From NCBI GenBank assembly GCA_010405405.1, contig MU004237.1, forward strand, positions 410,191 to 474,190: 64,000 bases of DNA, given 5' to 3'. The DNA comes from Microthyrium microscopicum (taxonomy: Eukaryota). The notes under the pieces are model-generated. The model did no database searches. It had not been told where the DNA came from and was given only the letters and a program-made list of their open reading frames with translations. The translations under genes were made by a program, and so were the position numbers. Of the stretch, positions 50,841 through 63,332 are shown in pieces. How positions within the stretch are numbered: the first letter of the stretch is position 1; the number at the start of each line of letters is the position of its first letter.

Positions 50841-52877
50841 CTAATATCTCCTCCATGCTCGATCTCGCCGTCCATGTGAATGGCCACTAGCTGGCTCTTT
50901 TGCTGCATGCGAATGGCCCGCAGCTGGCTCCGGAGTTGGAGCAGCGTGTGAATGGCCACCCGATGGCTGTGGAGCTGGAGCACCATGCGAATGACCACCA
51001 GATGGTTCTGGGGCGGGAGCACCATGCGAATGGCCACCAGCCGGCTCGGGTGAATTTGAAGGCCTTGGTAGAAGGTTGTTCCAACTCGACATGCCAAAGT
51101 AACGCGGATTCAACCAGCTGCCATCACCAGCTCGAAGCCACATGAACTCTGGGCCTGGATATTCATCAATGCCCGGTGCTGTGGCATCCACAACGTTGAT
51201 GTTGTCTCCCTTAGGTGCAACTTCTAGCGCTGCCGCTTTGGCGTCAACTTTTGTGACTGTAGCAGCACTTCGGCAGACGCGGTCCCCGCTGACATTCCAG
51301 TCTTCTGCGTTGATACCTGGGGTAACCCAGAATAGGTGTTCGGGATCGTACTTCTTCTTGATTGATGACAAACGATCGTAGTTGCTTCCCCAGAAGACAG
51401 TCCTCCAGCCTGGGGTAAATCGAGATGCTTCATTGAGATATGCGCCCATTTCCGGGGCAAGTGTTCGCATAGCAGATGCGACCGGATCCTTTGAGCCCAG
51501 ATGAATAATATGAGTGTAAGCTTTGCGCCATGCAGGAACCACAGAGGTATCGTTTCCGCGTTTGTGGATACCTGGTCCACCTATACCTTGACCACGTAAT
51601 TGAGGGTTGGCCATATCCTTTGGCATTGAATCTTCAAGGACTTGAGCAAATTTGGGAGAGTTCAGATGCTCTTTACCAAGAAGCCAAGAGTCACCACCTC
51701 GAATACCAGTTGATTGTGTGGCCATCATTTCCATTCCAGGCCCATGTCTCTTTTTCAGACCAGAAAGTACCCATGGAGGATATCTGTTGACGATCAACTT
51801 TTCGAACCAGGTATAGAAATCCGGATCTGAGCCGGATGAGTACTGCATGGTTTTGTTATCCATTCCTGGGAAACCTCCTAGACGTTCAACAACTGGCCTC
51901 CATTTCTCGTCAACCCACTTCTTCGTGCCTTCTTCTCCCGAGCTAACGGTTACGACAGTCATGGCATTAGGATAGATGTCGTAGTACATCCCCATACCCT
52001 GATCCGCAAACTCTGGGAACTTGGTGTGAAGCCAAGCAGCGGCTTTGTATACCGACTTTGTGTCCTTAAAGTCCGTTGTGTTGATGAGAAGCATTGACGA
52101 GGCCATGCGAGGAGAAGGGAAAGCCTTTACTGTGGCCTCCACGACAACGCCCCAGGACCCTCCGCCACCTCCTCGAAGTGCCCAAAATAGATCCGGCTCA
52201 GAGACTGCATTGGCCACGCGTAGCTTGCCATCGGCTGTAATAACCTTGAACTCCACGAATTGATCAGCGCCTAGGCCATATCTTGGACTCAGAGGCGAAT
52301 GTCCACCAGTTTGTCCCCAGCCGCCAGCTACGCTCACACCCTCGTGGGCAGCACCCAGCGTCATCAACTTGCTTGATCGTAGATGTTCGTTGAGCTCTCC
52401 CGTATTGTATCCAACTCCGAAGGTCAACCATGACTCTGCTGGCGCGGAACTAAGAGGAACCACTTTTGTGCTGGTGTTGACTGCTGGAACACCTTCTGCG
52501 GTAGGCTTGAAATCAGTCAAGATCTTCATTCCTTTCAGGGCAGTCGTCACAATAACCAGTCCGTTAGGGGCATCGTTCCTGCCTAGAAAATCATGCCCGG
52601 AATTGAGAATGCTAAGTCGAATATTGTGCTTTTTGACAAACTCCAAGGCGGCTTTAACTTCATCAACTGTCTTGACGTCGATACGGTAAGTGGCGTGCTT
52701 CATAGAACCCTTTTCGGCCTGCTTTTGCGCTGTTGGGAGCTTTTCCTTCCATTCTTCTGGTGTCGGCCATTTTGAATCTCCGGGAATTACTTTACAGTCT
52801 GGGCTTGCTGCTATTGTGTGACTGCAAAGTTGCGCGAGGATGGTAACAACCGCAACCAAATTGTTGAAAGACTTCAT
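50841..52877 (-). CDS. Secreted BBE-type FAD-linked oxidoreductase with C-terminal GHSH repeats
   Basis: Signal peptide MKSFNNLVAVVTILAQLCSHTIAA; CKVIPGDSKWP, NSGHDFLGR, GGHSPLS..YGLGADQ, LFWALRGGGG, AYLNEA..FWGSNYDRL..IKKKYDP. Confidence 0.92.
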   Translation of the reverse strand: MKSFNNLVAVVTILAQLCSHTIAASPDCKVIPGDSKWPTPEEWKEKLPTAQKQAEKGSMKHATYRIDVKTVDEVKAALEFVKKHNIRLSILNSGHDFLGRNDAPNGLVIVTTALKGMKILTDFKPTAEGVPAVNTSTKVVPLSSAPAESWLTFGVGYNTGELNEHLRSSKLMTLGAAHEGVSVAGGWGQTGGHSPLSPRYGLGADQFVEFKVITADGKLRVANAVSEPDLFWALRGGGGGSWGVVVEATVKAFPSPRMASSMLLINTTDFKDTKSVYKAAAWLHTKFPEFADQGMGMYYDIYPNAMTVVTVSSGEEGTKKWVDEKWRPVVERLGGFPGMDNKTMQYSSGSDPDFYTWFEKLIVNRYPPWVLSGLKKRHGPGMEMMATQSTGIRGGDSWLLGKEHLNSPKFAQVLEDSMPKDMANPQLRGQGIGGPGIHKRGNDTSVVPAWRKAYTHIIHLGSKDPVASAMRTLAPEMGAYLNEASRFTPGWRTVFWGSNYDRLSSIKKKYDPEHLFWVTPGINAEDWNVSGDRVCRSAATVTKVDAKAAALEVAPKGDNINVVDATAPGIDEYPGPEFMWLRAGDGSWLNPRYFGMSSWNNLLPRPSNSPEPAGGHSHGAPAPEPSGGHSHGAPAPQPSGGHSHAAPTPEPAAGHSHAAKEPASGHSHGRRDRAWRRY

Positions 52878-55728
52878 ATTGGACGGATGTTGGCGAGTCA
52901 ATAGCACGCATTGAAGGAAGTGGTCACATAATCCCTCTTAAAGCACAACCCAAAAGGCCTTTTCCCCAGAAACATGCTCAAACTGAACTACCCTAGTCTA
53001 TTCTAGAGCTTCTATCGATTATTGTGTACGCACGGCCAAGATTTAAAAGGCGGAGTAGAATATTACCGGTATCTTAATGATTTGGCTCTGCCGTTCGTGT
53101 GCCAGTCTATGGGTCTGATATCAGCTATAAGGAGCATTTATTGGATGGGTTTGAAGGGGACTAGAATGGCAATTTTCATATATTGCCCCTTAGCAAGCTC
53201 ATGTAATTCTGAATTTATATGAGGATCTCATGAGAGTTTGCTATGTAGTATCCAAAACAGAGGTGCTAGATAGAGGTTGCTATAACATCGTAGTTTTGAA
53301 TCACAAAGTCCTCCAATCAGGGCAAAGCTCTATTTGATATTTAAGAAAAGGGACCCTAGTGCTCGCGTGCTACGATCCCCATCTGGGGGACAGGGCTGTA
53401 TATGAAGGGAAAAACGATTGGATATCGATTTAAGTGCCTACCTTATTTGAACACCGCCTAGATTTTCTAAGCAAGTAACTGTCTTTCTTGTCATGGCATC
53501 CTGTAGAGTAACCTTTATAGCGGAAACTCCGACGAACACTTCAACTTTGCTTTCGGTAAGATTCAACAGCTCATTCGCCAGATAAGACTGTCTATGATGC
53601 CCTTCATTCCATTTTGATCCCGGGGCATGCTTTCTTTATGCTACTGTACTATTGTTCAACGCATGACTTTTTCGAAATATATTATGCAGCTTTTGCTAAG
53701 TCGTCTAGGAGCGTTGAAGCTTTTGTCTCATTCTCCAATTCTCAATTCGACATGAAGGAACGTCAACTTGTCCGGCATGTGCAAGATAACCTGCTCACCG
53801 TAATTAACCATTCCCAGCATGAATATCTTTATGGATACAGCTTATCAAAGTTCTTTAGAGCCAAGGCAAGTTCACTCCACCGTTCTATAAGAGGTTTCAC
53901 TGCCTGCACTATCAATGTGTTGTGTAAATTGAACTATATCAATAGTTTTATATGGAGGCGTAAGGATGATGGGACCCTTACCTAGGACCACCACGATGCG
54001 AAGGTTGTACTTTTATTTGACCATCTAGATCTATATCTAGGCTCAATTCAATGTTTGGTTGCAGCTTGCCCGAAAATTTTCCCGAATAACGACTAGTCAA
54101 TAGAAATAATCTCAGCCGATGCATATTACAGCTGCCAATTCAGCAGATCTGGCTGGCTTTTCTCTCTCACACTATCATCTTGAAGAGGTTGATTGCAAGT
54201 ACTGGACACAATACTAGTCTAAGAGAGTGCACTACTTGTCAAATTGGACAGACTGGTTTCATTGTACGAAAGAAGCATAGATGAAGGAATCACGAAAGCC
54301 TCCGATAGACGCTGGTATCCTGGAGTCGATCATAAATTCTCCGCAAAGTGTGGCTGTAAGCCTGTAACTTATCTTGTTGAGCGTTCGTTTCTTGTCGCGA
54401 AGCACCTTTTGCAGAGTATGCTTTGGCAAAGACAGAATATTAAACCAGTGAGGTTCACTACCAATCAGCACTGCTGATACAAGCCTTGTCAAAGGACGAA
54501 CACTGAAACTAAAACAAGCCTGCGCTACTATACTTGTCATTCAAAAAATAGTAGCCGTGATTGAAGAGTTTAAAAGAGCAAAGACATCCAGGAGGCCTGT
54601 GGTTGAACATTGTGAGGAGCTCCATGCGATACATCCACGCCTGAACTATTCCCCTCATTTTGATTTTCTTCATCTATGTTTGTATAGAACTTCTGTGGTG
54701 TCGATCAATTGTTGCCCCGGATGAATTCCACAGGGAATATCATAACTGCACGAAGGCGGCATTGGATCTAGCTCCAAGTTAAATCCCTCAACCTCGCAAG
54801 AACATAATCGTAGCGCAATCATTGATAAAATATAGCGAAAGCCCTCATTTCTCTCGGATCGTAGCCGTGATTGGACTCTGGTTTAATTTCAACCCATTTG
54901 ATCGTACTGGTTGGGAAAACTGCCTTGCGCATAACCCAGTTTCCCAGAGCAAGAATGCAGAGTAAATTTTGAAAAGCATGAGGATTTAGGTTTACTGTGG
55001 CGAAAATTAGGGCCCATCAGAACTGTACTCGCCAATGATGAACTGCTTTCGGAAGTTCCGCGAGCATAGAACTTGTAGACAACCAGGTTGACAACCTACA
55101 AGGTAGTTCTTGAACTGTAGAAGGGCAAATTAAATACCCCGTAGTTCTAGTTGAGGGTGCTTGAGATGCGACTGGTAGCTAAAGTGTAGCTTCTGATATG
55201 ACCATGGCGACTAGCTTTTATAGGATACTCGACTGTAGGCATTAGGATTGGTAGAAACTATTAGAACATCCTACGGATCTGCGGTAAACTTACTAAACAT
55301 TTCGCCACAATACGATGTCGTATTACAGATAATAAAAGATTGCGACAACTAACATCAAAGCTGTAAATCAGCTTGGAATTCATAGCATTCGTGCATAGTG
55401 CCTAAGACTGTAGATATAGTTGCCATCGACGAAGTGGAATCAAAGTTTTTCAGGAATCTCTGAGAAGTACCACCTCTGTCCATTTTACCAATATTGGTGA
55501 TCATATCGGAGAAGTAGGCAACGGGATAGTCATGCTGTTAATCACCATTTCTTCTATATCAAGTGCTTCGTTTTGAGAGCTTCATTTTATGCCCTTTGCG
55601 ATTTGAAAGGTAACCTAAAGAGATGAAAGTTGGCATTCGTTATTGATAGACCTCATGGTCCCTAGCTTCCGCCATGGACCTGAAGTATAGTTCTTCGTAG
55701 TCTGGATTGATCGCCACTAATAATCTTA

Positions 55729-56312
55729 GGGAGGTTATAATTGGCCCCTACATTCCAGATATTTGGCCCTTGGATTCTAGCTATTTGGCCCCCTAAGACC
55801 CGAAGCCAATATTCTGAAGCTATTCCTAAATAGGAGGTCTATGATAAAATTCATAGTTTTGTAGTGGTAAACACTTCACCATTTTTGAAGCATAAAATAA
55901 TCATTCCGCAACGTATCTCGACCCCATTTTTTAGTATAGTAATAAATCAAGTATTCCATATCCTATCCTAATCCCGTTTTTGATATAACAATATTGTAAT
56001 TACTTACTATAAGCTTATTCTTTATAAGATCTACGCCCTCCGCGCCTCCGCGTTATAGTATTAGTTAAGCTAAAGTGGCCTAAATAGCTAGAATTTAAGT
56101 ATGGTGTTAAGGCTTTTTAAGATAACGTTAAGAAATTATTACGCAGGCTTTAACGCTAGTAACTAATTCGTCGTAGTTTTGCTGAAGCTAAGCTGGTTTC
56201 AGCTGTCGTTAGTCTTGTTTAGGCTAAAATTTCGGCTTCAGGTCTTAGGGGGCCAAATAGCTAGAATCCAAGGGCCAAATATCTGGAATGTAGGGGCCAA
56301 TTATAACCTCCC
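55729..56312. mobile_element. Non-autonomous Mutator-like element/MITE, 584 bp (about 80-bp TIRs, 9-bp TSD)
   Basis: GGGAGGTTATAATTGGCCCC... and its reverse complement ending at 56312 (one mismatch in about 80 bp); TSD ATAATCTTA at 55720-55728 and 56313-56321. Confidence 0.9.
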
Positions 56313-57050
56313 ATAATCTTATTAGCTACAGTGACTACAAAGTTCTAGTCGTACTGACCGAGCCAACTCACTTCATATCGCTCAAGAATTCATTTGACTT
56401 ACATTATAATATAATTATAGGCTGGAAGATTTTTTCAAGTCGACCAAATAATGAAACCATACTAGAAGTCTCCATGAACAGCGTCCCGCGCTCTCGTTTT
56501 TTGTGCGGGAGTGTGCGTCGCTGATGACTGGAATCGAGTGCCATATATAGCAACAAACAAAAATCCTTCAACTCTCAACCTTGGAATTGATAGATGAGTA
56601 CCTGAGATGGAAGTAACCAGTCTGATGTTTACCATTAAACACGTTTTTGTTCGGGTCTTCATTCCAACCGAAATCTACGAAACTCCAATATCTAAGCGCG
56701 CTCCTTGGGAAGTAAAGCACTCAGTCACAAAGCGTAGTGCATGTTTGACAACACACTTGAGAGAACATTCGATGTCTTTCTGATACCCTGGGATTTTACG
56801 GTTAAGTTGACTTGGCTACCAATAAAGATTGTATTTTCTGTAAACCCTCACCCTGTCTGGTGCTTTTTGCAGTCATCATCTCAACAATGGTACAATTAAG
56901 TATAATGAACCAATTCATTACTTGATAGAGTCTATTTAACATTAAAGATGTTCGGCCTGGAAGAAGGCCCACTTGACATATCATACTCAATCTTTTTTTT
57001 TAGTCATTTTGCTTTTATGCAAAACTTGGATATTGGCCCGTGATAGAAAA

Positions 57051-59388
57051 ATGAAGCTTCACGATCTTGGAATCGAACAGCCAGGTCTGTATACAGATCC
57101 CCAAGGAAAATCTCAAGTGCCATTTTACGCATATACAGGAGCCTATGGAAAGAAATACTTGACCAAAAGACTGGCTTTCGGTCCTTCATCATTTCAGCAA
57201 TACTCTCAACTGCCGGAAGAGTTAAAAGTCTTAATCATCGAAAAATGCGATCAGGCAACACTGTTCAATCTGATGCATGTGGATCGCATGCATCGAGTAG
57301 AAGTAAGTTCTCTTGTTAAAAGCCTTGGTCTTGATACCAAAGCGGGTCATATCTCCCATAGCACTCTATTACTACCATAATTCGCATTGGAGTCCGATGC
57401 TGAGAAGATCAAATGATCTTTTCCTGCGTGTGCTTGCTTTCGCAACACTCTTTCGTAATCTGACATTCGATGACTTTCGAATTATGCCGGAAATAGTGGT
57501 AGCTGACCGCGCACTCAATGGCTCCATAAAAAGCATTTCTGATCGAATGCTGTGGCCACCACCAAATGTGACGGGAGTTTTGAGATATCACGCGAGAAGA
57601 CCGCATGGTCTTCTCAAAGCCTCCAAACGTGATCTTGTGCTGATAAATTCTAGGTAAGCATTCCCTGTGTCAAACCACATTTCTCGGCGACATCCGTTCG
57701 AACGAAATCAATCATATTTGCCAGTGTAGAGTACTCGAGGGCTACCATAGAATGCATTCTTCATCGAGTTTTATGGATTGTACCGAACGAGATAGGCGTT
57801 TTATGGTTTCGCCACGCGAGTCCAAACGTCCTTTCCGTGGTGTTAGCTTTCGATTTGATGGTCTTCTTTATACTAAGAAAGTTTAGGCGCAACGACTTTT
57901 TTGGTCGCATAAAGACACCTGGTATCTGTATCATCCACAAGTCTCATCAATTCCAGATCGAGGCGGTCAACCAACATACTACTGCGAGAAATTTGCTGCC
58001 AACGTCCAGCAATTAGAGATCGATCTCTTTGGCTGGAAAGGAGACTACACTCCTGGCACGCCAGCTGAAAGCTTTACACATTTCCATTACCTACAGGATT
58101 CGGCTGATAAATTCTGGGAGAATATTTTGCAGCAATTTCCTACTTTGAAACGGGTAGCTCTATGTAATACTGTTGGGTGGTTCTCGAACTACATCTCGTT
58201 TCGAATCTATAAACCGCTGTCGGAAGCGGCGCCTGCGGCAATTGAGGTAAGTTTTGCAGTCGCAAGAATATCCATAGGATGTTATGGCTGCTATAACCCG
58301 CGATGGGATGTCGTCTCGGAAAGACCAATTGGTCTTTTTCACGCGACTTGTGCCGTATTTCTTGACGAGACCAGACAGGAGTCACAGCACCATACCCAAG
58401 TTTATCCCTTCGTATTTGATGGCCCCCCTAAAAGACGTTTCCAATGGATGCTATCAATGCCATCAATTTCGACGGGAAAGACAACCCTTCGAGTATCATC
58501 CTGAGGAGACCAAGTCGTCCTGTCAACGCGTGCTAGCTCTATTCGTAAGCTTATTGAATGCTAACCATTCTCAGGTCTTGGCTCTACCCATTGACCAGGA
58601 AATCATTGGGCACGACCAATACGCTGTTGAAATCCAACCGCTGGTCCGGCAAAACATCCACCTCTTACAGGACGAGAAGAGAATCCGCGTAATGATGCCT
58701 CGAAAGCCGCTACTGGGACCCATCGCCCTCTATCTGAACTATCACTGGAAATTGCAGGAAACTCGAAAGCTAGCTTGGGGCATCAAACGCCTTCGCGCAA
58801 GAGTTATGGAAGAATTTCACTTTGGGAACGGCAGAAACAACCCTTTCAGCTGTCCGTACAAGAATTGCAATAAGAAAGTTACCGACCGGGGCCAGTGGAC
58901 AGAACACTTGTTTAAGAATACCATTAGGCATCCGGGTATTGATGAGACGACGTGCGCTCCGTTGAAATGTTACCAGCCATTATTGCCGTGGGACCTTGAG
59001 GTAAGTTCTCCTTGCGCACAAACTTTAGGTATTCATCCCATAGCGAGTCATGGTTCCCACTGCGCACTACCTCGTGTTGACTACCATGAATTTCGATGGG
59101 ATCGTGTTGAAAAGACTATTTGACAACCTTATTTCATGATACTAGACTGACAAATCTCAGACAGAGCTGGAGCAGCTCCGGGTCGAGTATCTAGAGCATC
59201 AACTGAATCGACTTGCGCAAATAAAGCATATGGGAAGGGTAATTTGGGAGCACTATACCCCCGTAGAACGATGTTCTTTTGCGCATCATTTTCTTTCACA
59301 GCTTCGTGAGGGGAAAGACTGGCAATGCCCCGAAGAAAGTACAAATCACTTTCTGTTCCAGGCTCTCAAGAAGGAATGGACCAGATAA
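57051..59388 (+). CDS. F-box-like protein with a C2H2-like finger
   Basis: FQQYSQLPEELKVLII..CDQATLFNLMHV; phase-0 introns 57303-57886, 58247-58574, 59001-59160; AQRLFWS..FW..FPTLKRV; CPYKNC..WTEH..H. Confidence 0.7.
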
Positions 59389-60193
59389 AAGCTATGCTCC
59401 GATTGATTTCTACAGCTCCCAACCGCCTCTTCTGCTATCGACTAAAATATTTCACATCAAGTACGTAGAAAGTATGTGACATATCAAATTCGATAGGAAT
59501 CGGCGAGTATGCTCCTCATAAGGTCCGTTGTAGACACTGCACTGGATGACAGCTTGCCAGTGACTTCGCCGACCAATTGGCACGTCAACATGCAAAACAC
59601 ATCTCCTTTCGAAGGATTCATGAATTTCGGAAAGGCTGGATTATCAAAGAGAGTTTGGTCAGATAGTAGGAGGAAGATATGCTGGATTTGCAATGTATAT
59701 ATACACCCCTACAACTTGCCACTGAGATTGTTTCGACGTCAATCCCTAGGAAGCCATAGGAATGGATCCAGGTCTTTGATCTGCAGACAGCCAACTAGCT
59801 ACCCAGATGAACAAGCAAATTGTGAGGAGGATTCTACAAGAAGTTCTAAAGCTGAAGAAGCTTTGATCAAGAAACTGTACGTTGCTAAACCCTGCAGTAA
59901 ATCCTTCCATACCGGTACGGAAACTTATAAAGTAGTCTATTTTCGACCAATAAGTGCTGATCATAAGGGTTTGTACAAACTCCATCCAATCCTAAGAGTA
60001 CGAATACCAATATCGAAATACCAGCCTTGTGAGATCTTCAAATCCTCGACTCCTAGAGAAAACAATCCATTCTCCAAATAGCAACCATGAAGACTTCATC
60101 TTTCAGAGTCACAATGGACTATATAAGTAGTCGTCGGAGCGACTTTAGGCTTATCATCAAACAACTCAGCTACTCTACTACCTATACAGTACA

Positions 60194-61816
60194 ATGTATC
60201 TCACACTTCCAGTTACTCTCAGCCTTGTGGCACTCAGCCTCGCGGCCGATGACCACTATCCGTATCGGCCATCATCTACAAGACGATCAACAACCTCAAC
60301 CGCGACACCAAAGTCGAGCAGTGGTGCGCCATGGAACACAGTGCAACTTCCGCCCAAGTCGACTGTGATCCCAAACATTGCAAAAGAGTATCCGCGTCAT
60401 ACTCTATCACAGAGAAGCCCGGATGACAACGCCCATACGTCTTTGCCTTCTTTCACCAAGACTCTTACTTCGTCAACAAAGGCTTCGTCTTCTTCAGCCA
60501 CAAATCTTAGGTCTTCGACCAAGACGAAGAGTTCTTCCACCTCAGCGAAGACTCACTCGACCAAGACTCGCAAGACCTGGTACAAGACCAAGACTTTGAC
60601 TTCTGGTGCCTCATCGTCCACCAGCTCCAAGCACTACAAGACCAAGTCTCTTACCATCACCAAGTCAAACCTGAAGCGCGCAGCATCAACGCCCCTGCAA
60701 ATCGTGCCCACCAGCACGGCCACATTGTCGAGAACGACCTCAGTCGCGACTACTAGCACACACAAGGGATGGTCGAGTGCATGGTGCGCGAGATGCCCAC
60801 GTCCAACCGTAGCTGCACTAGTCGCTCGAGAGGCCCACAAGCCCATTGACACCAGCTCCTCATCCACCAAGACCACCGTGACAAGTTCTACAAAGACTAA
60901 GTCCAAGACAATTGTCCCAACATCGACGAAGGTGACTACACGACACACGCACATCCTTCCCCGTGCCGAGGCCACGACCAGCACTGTCCACTGGATCTCT
61001 CGCATCCCATGCCCAGCAGGCGGTGGAAAGTGCTCAAAGACCTCCCAAACTGCCCAGCCGACCTTCATCTCGCGCATCCCATGCCCAGATGGTGGCCCCG
61101 GTTGCGACAAGAAGTTCACAACACACAATCTTGCAGCTCGTGCTGAAGCCACCTCCACAGCAGTCCCAACATCAAGCGCGACTTCCACCAAGACTGCACC
61201 AACCACTACTCCTCACGTTTGCAATCCAAAACACCATCTTCACTGTGCAACTTCATCGCACACCTTGGCCGCCCGCGCTACCCCAGCAGCCAAGGAAGCA
61301 TCCAGCGAGACCATCAGCGCAATCCCCAACGACAACGGCAACGCAACAGCCACCCACAAGCACCCAAAGCATCCCAAGCACCACAAGCCAACCGGTTTCA
61401 ACGCAACATCCACAGCCCATCCCCACAAACCGCACCACCCAAAGCTTCTCTGCGGTCCAGGCCACCTTCTACCCTGCCCACCAAAGTTCCCACAGTGGCA
61501 CGCGATCAAGCCTACCTTAGCCGCCAGATCAGTACCAGTGCATACTTCTTCCGCAAAGACAGCCTCTTCAGGAAAGGCGACCATCCAGACAGTACCAAAC
61601 AGCAAGTCCACTTCTTCGGCAAAGGCGACCATACAGACGGTACCAAACAGCAAGCCAACCTCCTCAGGAAAGGCGACCATTCAGACAGTACCAAACAGCA
61701 AGACAACATACACCGCCATCCCGAAGCCAACTAGCACAAGCAAGAAGCCTGAGGTGACAGCCATGGTTACACCAACCCCCAAAGCTGCTTTCAACAGCGG
61801 TCTGATCCACCCATAA
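60194..61816 (+). CDS. Secreted Ser/Thr/Lys/His-rich repetitive protein, 540 aa
   Basis: Signal peptide MYLTLPVTLSLVALSLAA; ISRIPCPxGG x2; SSxKATIQTVPNSK x3; recurring xxAR/KR segment ends. Confidence 0.8.
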   Translation: MYLTLPVTLSLVALSLAADDHYPYRPSSTRRSTTSTATPKSSSGAPWNTVQLPPKSTVIPNIAKEYPRHTLSQRSPDDNAHTSLPSFTKTLTSSTKASSSSATNLRSSTKTKSSSTSAKTHSTKTRKTWYKTKTLTSGASSSTSSKHYKTKSLTITKSNLKRAASTPLQIVPTSTATLSRTTSVATTSTHKGWSSAWCARCPRPTVAALVAREAHKPIDTSSSSTKTTVTSSTKTKSKTIVPTSTKVTTRHTHILPRAEATTSTVHWISRIPCPAGGGKCSKTSQTAQPTFISRIPCPDGGPGCDKKFTTHNLAARAEATSTAVPTSSATSTKTAPTTTPHVCNPKHHLHCATSSHTLAARATPAAKEASSETISAIPNDNGNATATHKHPKHPKHHKPTGFNATSTAHPHKPHHPKLLCGPGHLLPCPPKFPQWHAIKPTLAARSVPVHTSSAKTASSGKATIQTVPNSKSTSSAKATIQTVPNSKPTSSGKATIQTVPNSKTTYTAIPKPTSTSKKPEVTAMVTPTPKAAFNSGLIHP

Positions 61817-62261
61817 GCTACTCAGGCGGCTTTCAAAGATTTCCTTGAGTACGCATTCGAAAACGGAGTTTGCATGAAGCGAGAGCATAGAGTGAGAACA
61901 TCGACACGATGTTGCCAATTTGAGTTGCTGAGAGTTTTGATTTCGAGGTTTCCTTTGTCCTGCATAGCGAGTTATTCCAAACTATATATCACATTCATTT
62001 AGCCCAACAATATAGAATTTTCCCTTGACTTTGAAAATATGCAGTTGTCTTTCATTACCTAGTCTGTGAATATATGTATGGGGGTATATCCGGACAAGGA
62101 TTTGGTCATTGAAAACATTACCGGACTTCATGCGCCAAAACACTGTGCTTGGAGAAAAAAATCACTTTTAACGCCGTCGCTGAAGGGGATGAAATGGTGC
62201 CATGCAGGTGAAAAGGGGGTATCAAGAGAAGTGAAGAGATCGTGCTGTTGTTGGAGGAGGT

Positions 62262-63332
62262 TCATTCCTCAAACACGAACATGTTGAGAACATGGCCAGG
62301 TGTCCAGCCTTGTTGGGGGAGTGGCTTGGTGAAGTTGAGAAAGTGGCCGACGTGTACGAGGCGGACGTTGGAAGAGGGTGATATCTGATGATAGCATTAG
62401 TCGTGTTCCATGTCTTTTGAAGAGATACTCACCACTCCAGCGTATCGTAGCCTCGAAACCAAAACCTCCACATTCTCCTGATCTCCCAGCTTAACAACTA
62501 CATCTCTCGCCGTATGACTCAATCGAACGCGGACCTTCAACTCCACCCCCTTGACTTTTTCGCCTGGCGGACTCGGCACGCGATCTTTGCCCTTGCTAGC
62601 ATTTCCATCGCGCGTGAAGAACCGGATCTCATCTTGTAGCAGTGCCTGCTCTCCTCGTCCGCCATCGTCCCCTATGGCCGCATCACCATCACCACCATTG
62701 CCATGGTCCGCGCGGGGTTCTAGACCACTAGGCATACCCAGGCACCACTCTGGTACCACATATCTCTCGCCAAACTCATCGTAGCACCCGCCCCTCCGTC
62801 CCCATAAATCACCGCTCGGACACGTCCCGCCCGCAGCATCAAGCACCGCCTGCGCACTCTCCGTATCACCATTTTGTACCAATTCGCTCACGAGCCTCAA
62901 CGCCTGCCACATTTCCGGCCGGCCAGCAACGCGCGTGTCAAAGAACTCTGTGCGCGCGGCCTCCAGCTCCACAATCGATGTCGCAGGCCGCGGCTCGCCA
63001 GACGATGATATTATCTGCGGTGGGGAGATTCGGTGCGGTGGTGCGTTGAGGGGCGCATTGGGAGATTGCGCATCGTGAGGCTGGAGGGAGGTGTTTGTGG
63101 TTTGCGCGGGGTGGGCGATAGGCACGCGGGAGTCGGATGGTGGGAGGGCGGAGGATGTTGTGTTGGTGGTTGGATAGGGAGAGTTTGAGCTATTGTGGGT
63201 GGTTGAGATACAGCAGCCCTGAAATGATTGAGTTAGTCTTTTGGTGCTGATGGTGGTTGTAGTGAGGGGGATGCCGTGGAAGTTGGGCGCAATTGCGGGG
63301 ATCCAGGATGTTGGTGGTGTTGGACTTACCAT
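62262..63332 (-). CDS. Ubiquitin-domain-containing protein (UBTD/DC-UbP family), N-terminus MGCC
   Basis: Exon 1 = ATG only, intron 63219-63329, intron 62385-62432; RTEFFDTRVAGRPEMWQAL..AQAVLDAAG.TCPSGDL..CYDEFGERYVVPEW; C-terminal ubiquitin-like domain. Confidence 0.88.

Noticed and set aside
44489..52877. Two FAD oxidases, phosphotransferase and HAD as a biosynthetic cluster
   Set aside because: No backbone enzyme, transporter or cluster regulator among them.
53000..55700. Short ORFs in a long intergenic stretch
   Set aside because: No motifs and no consistent exon structure.
60634..61918. Long antisense and alternate-frame ORFs over the secreted repeat gene (also over the PPR and oxidase genes)
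   Set aside because: Shadow ORFs caused by codon bias and low complexity of the real gene.
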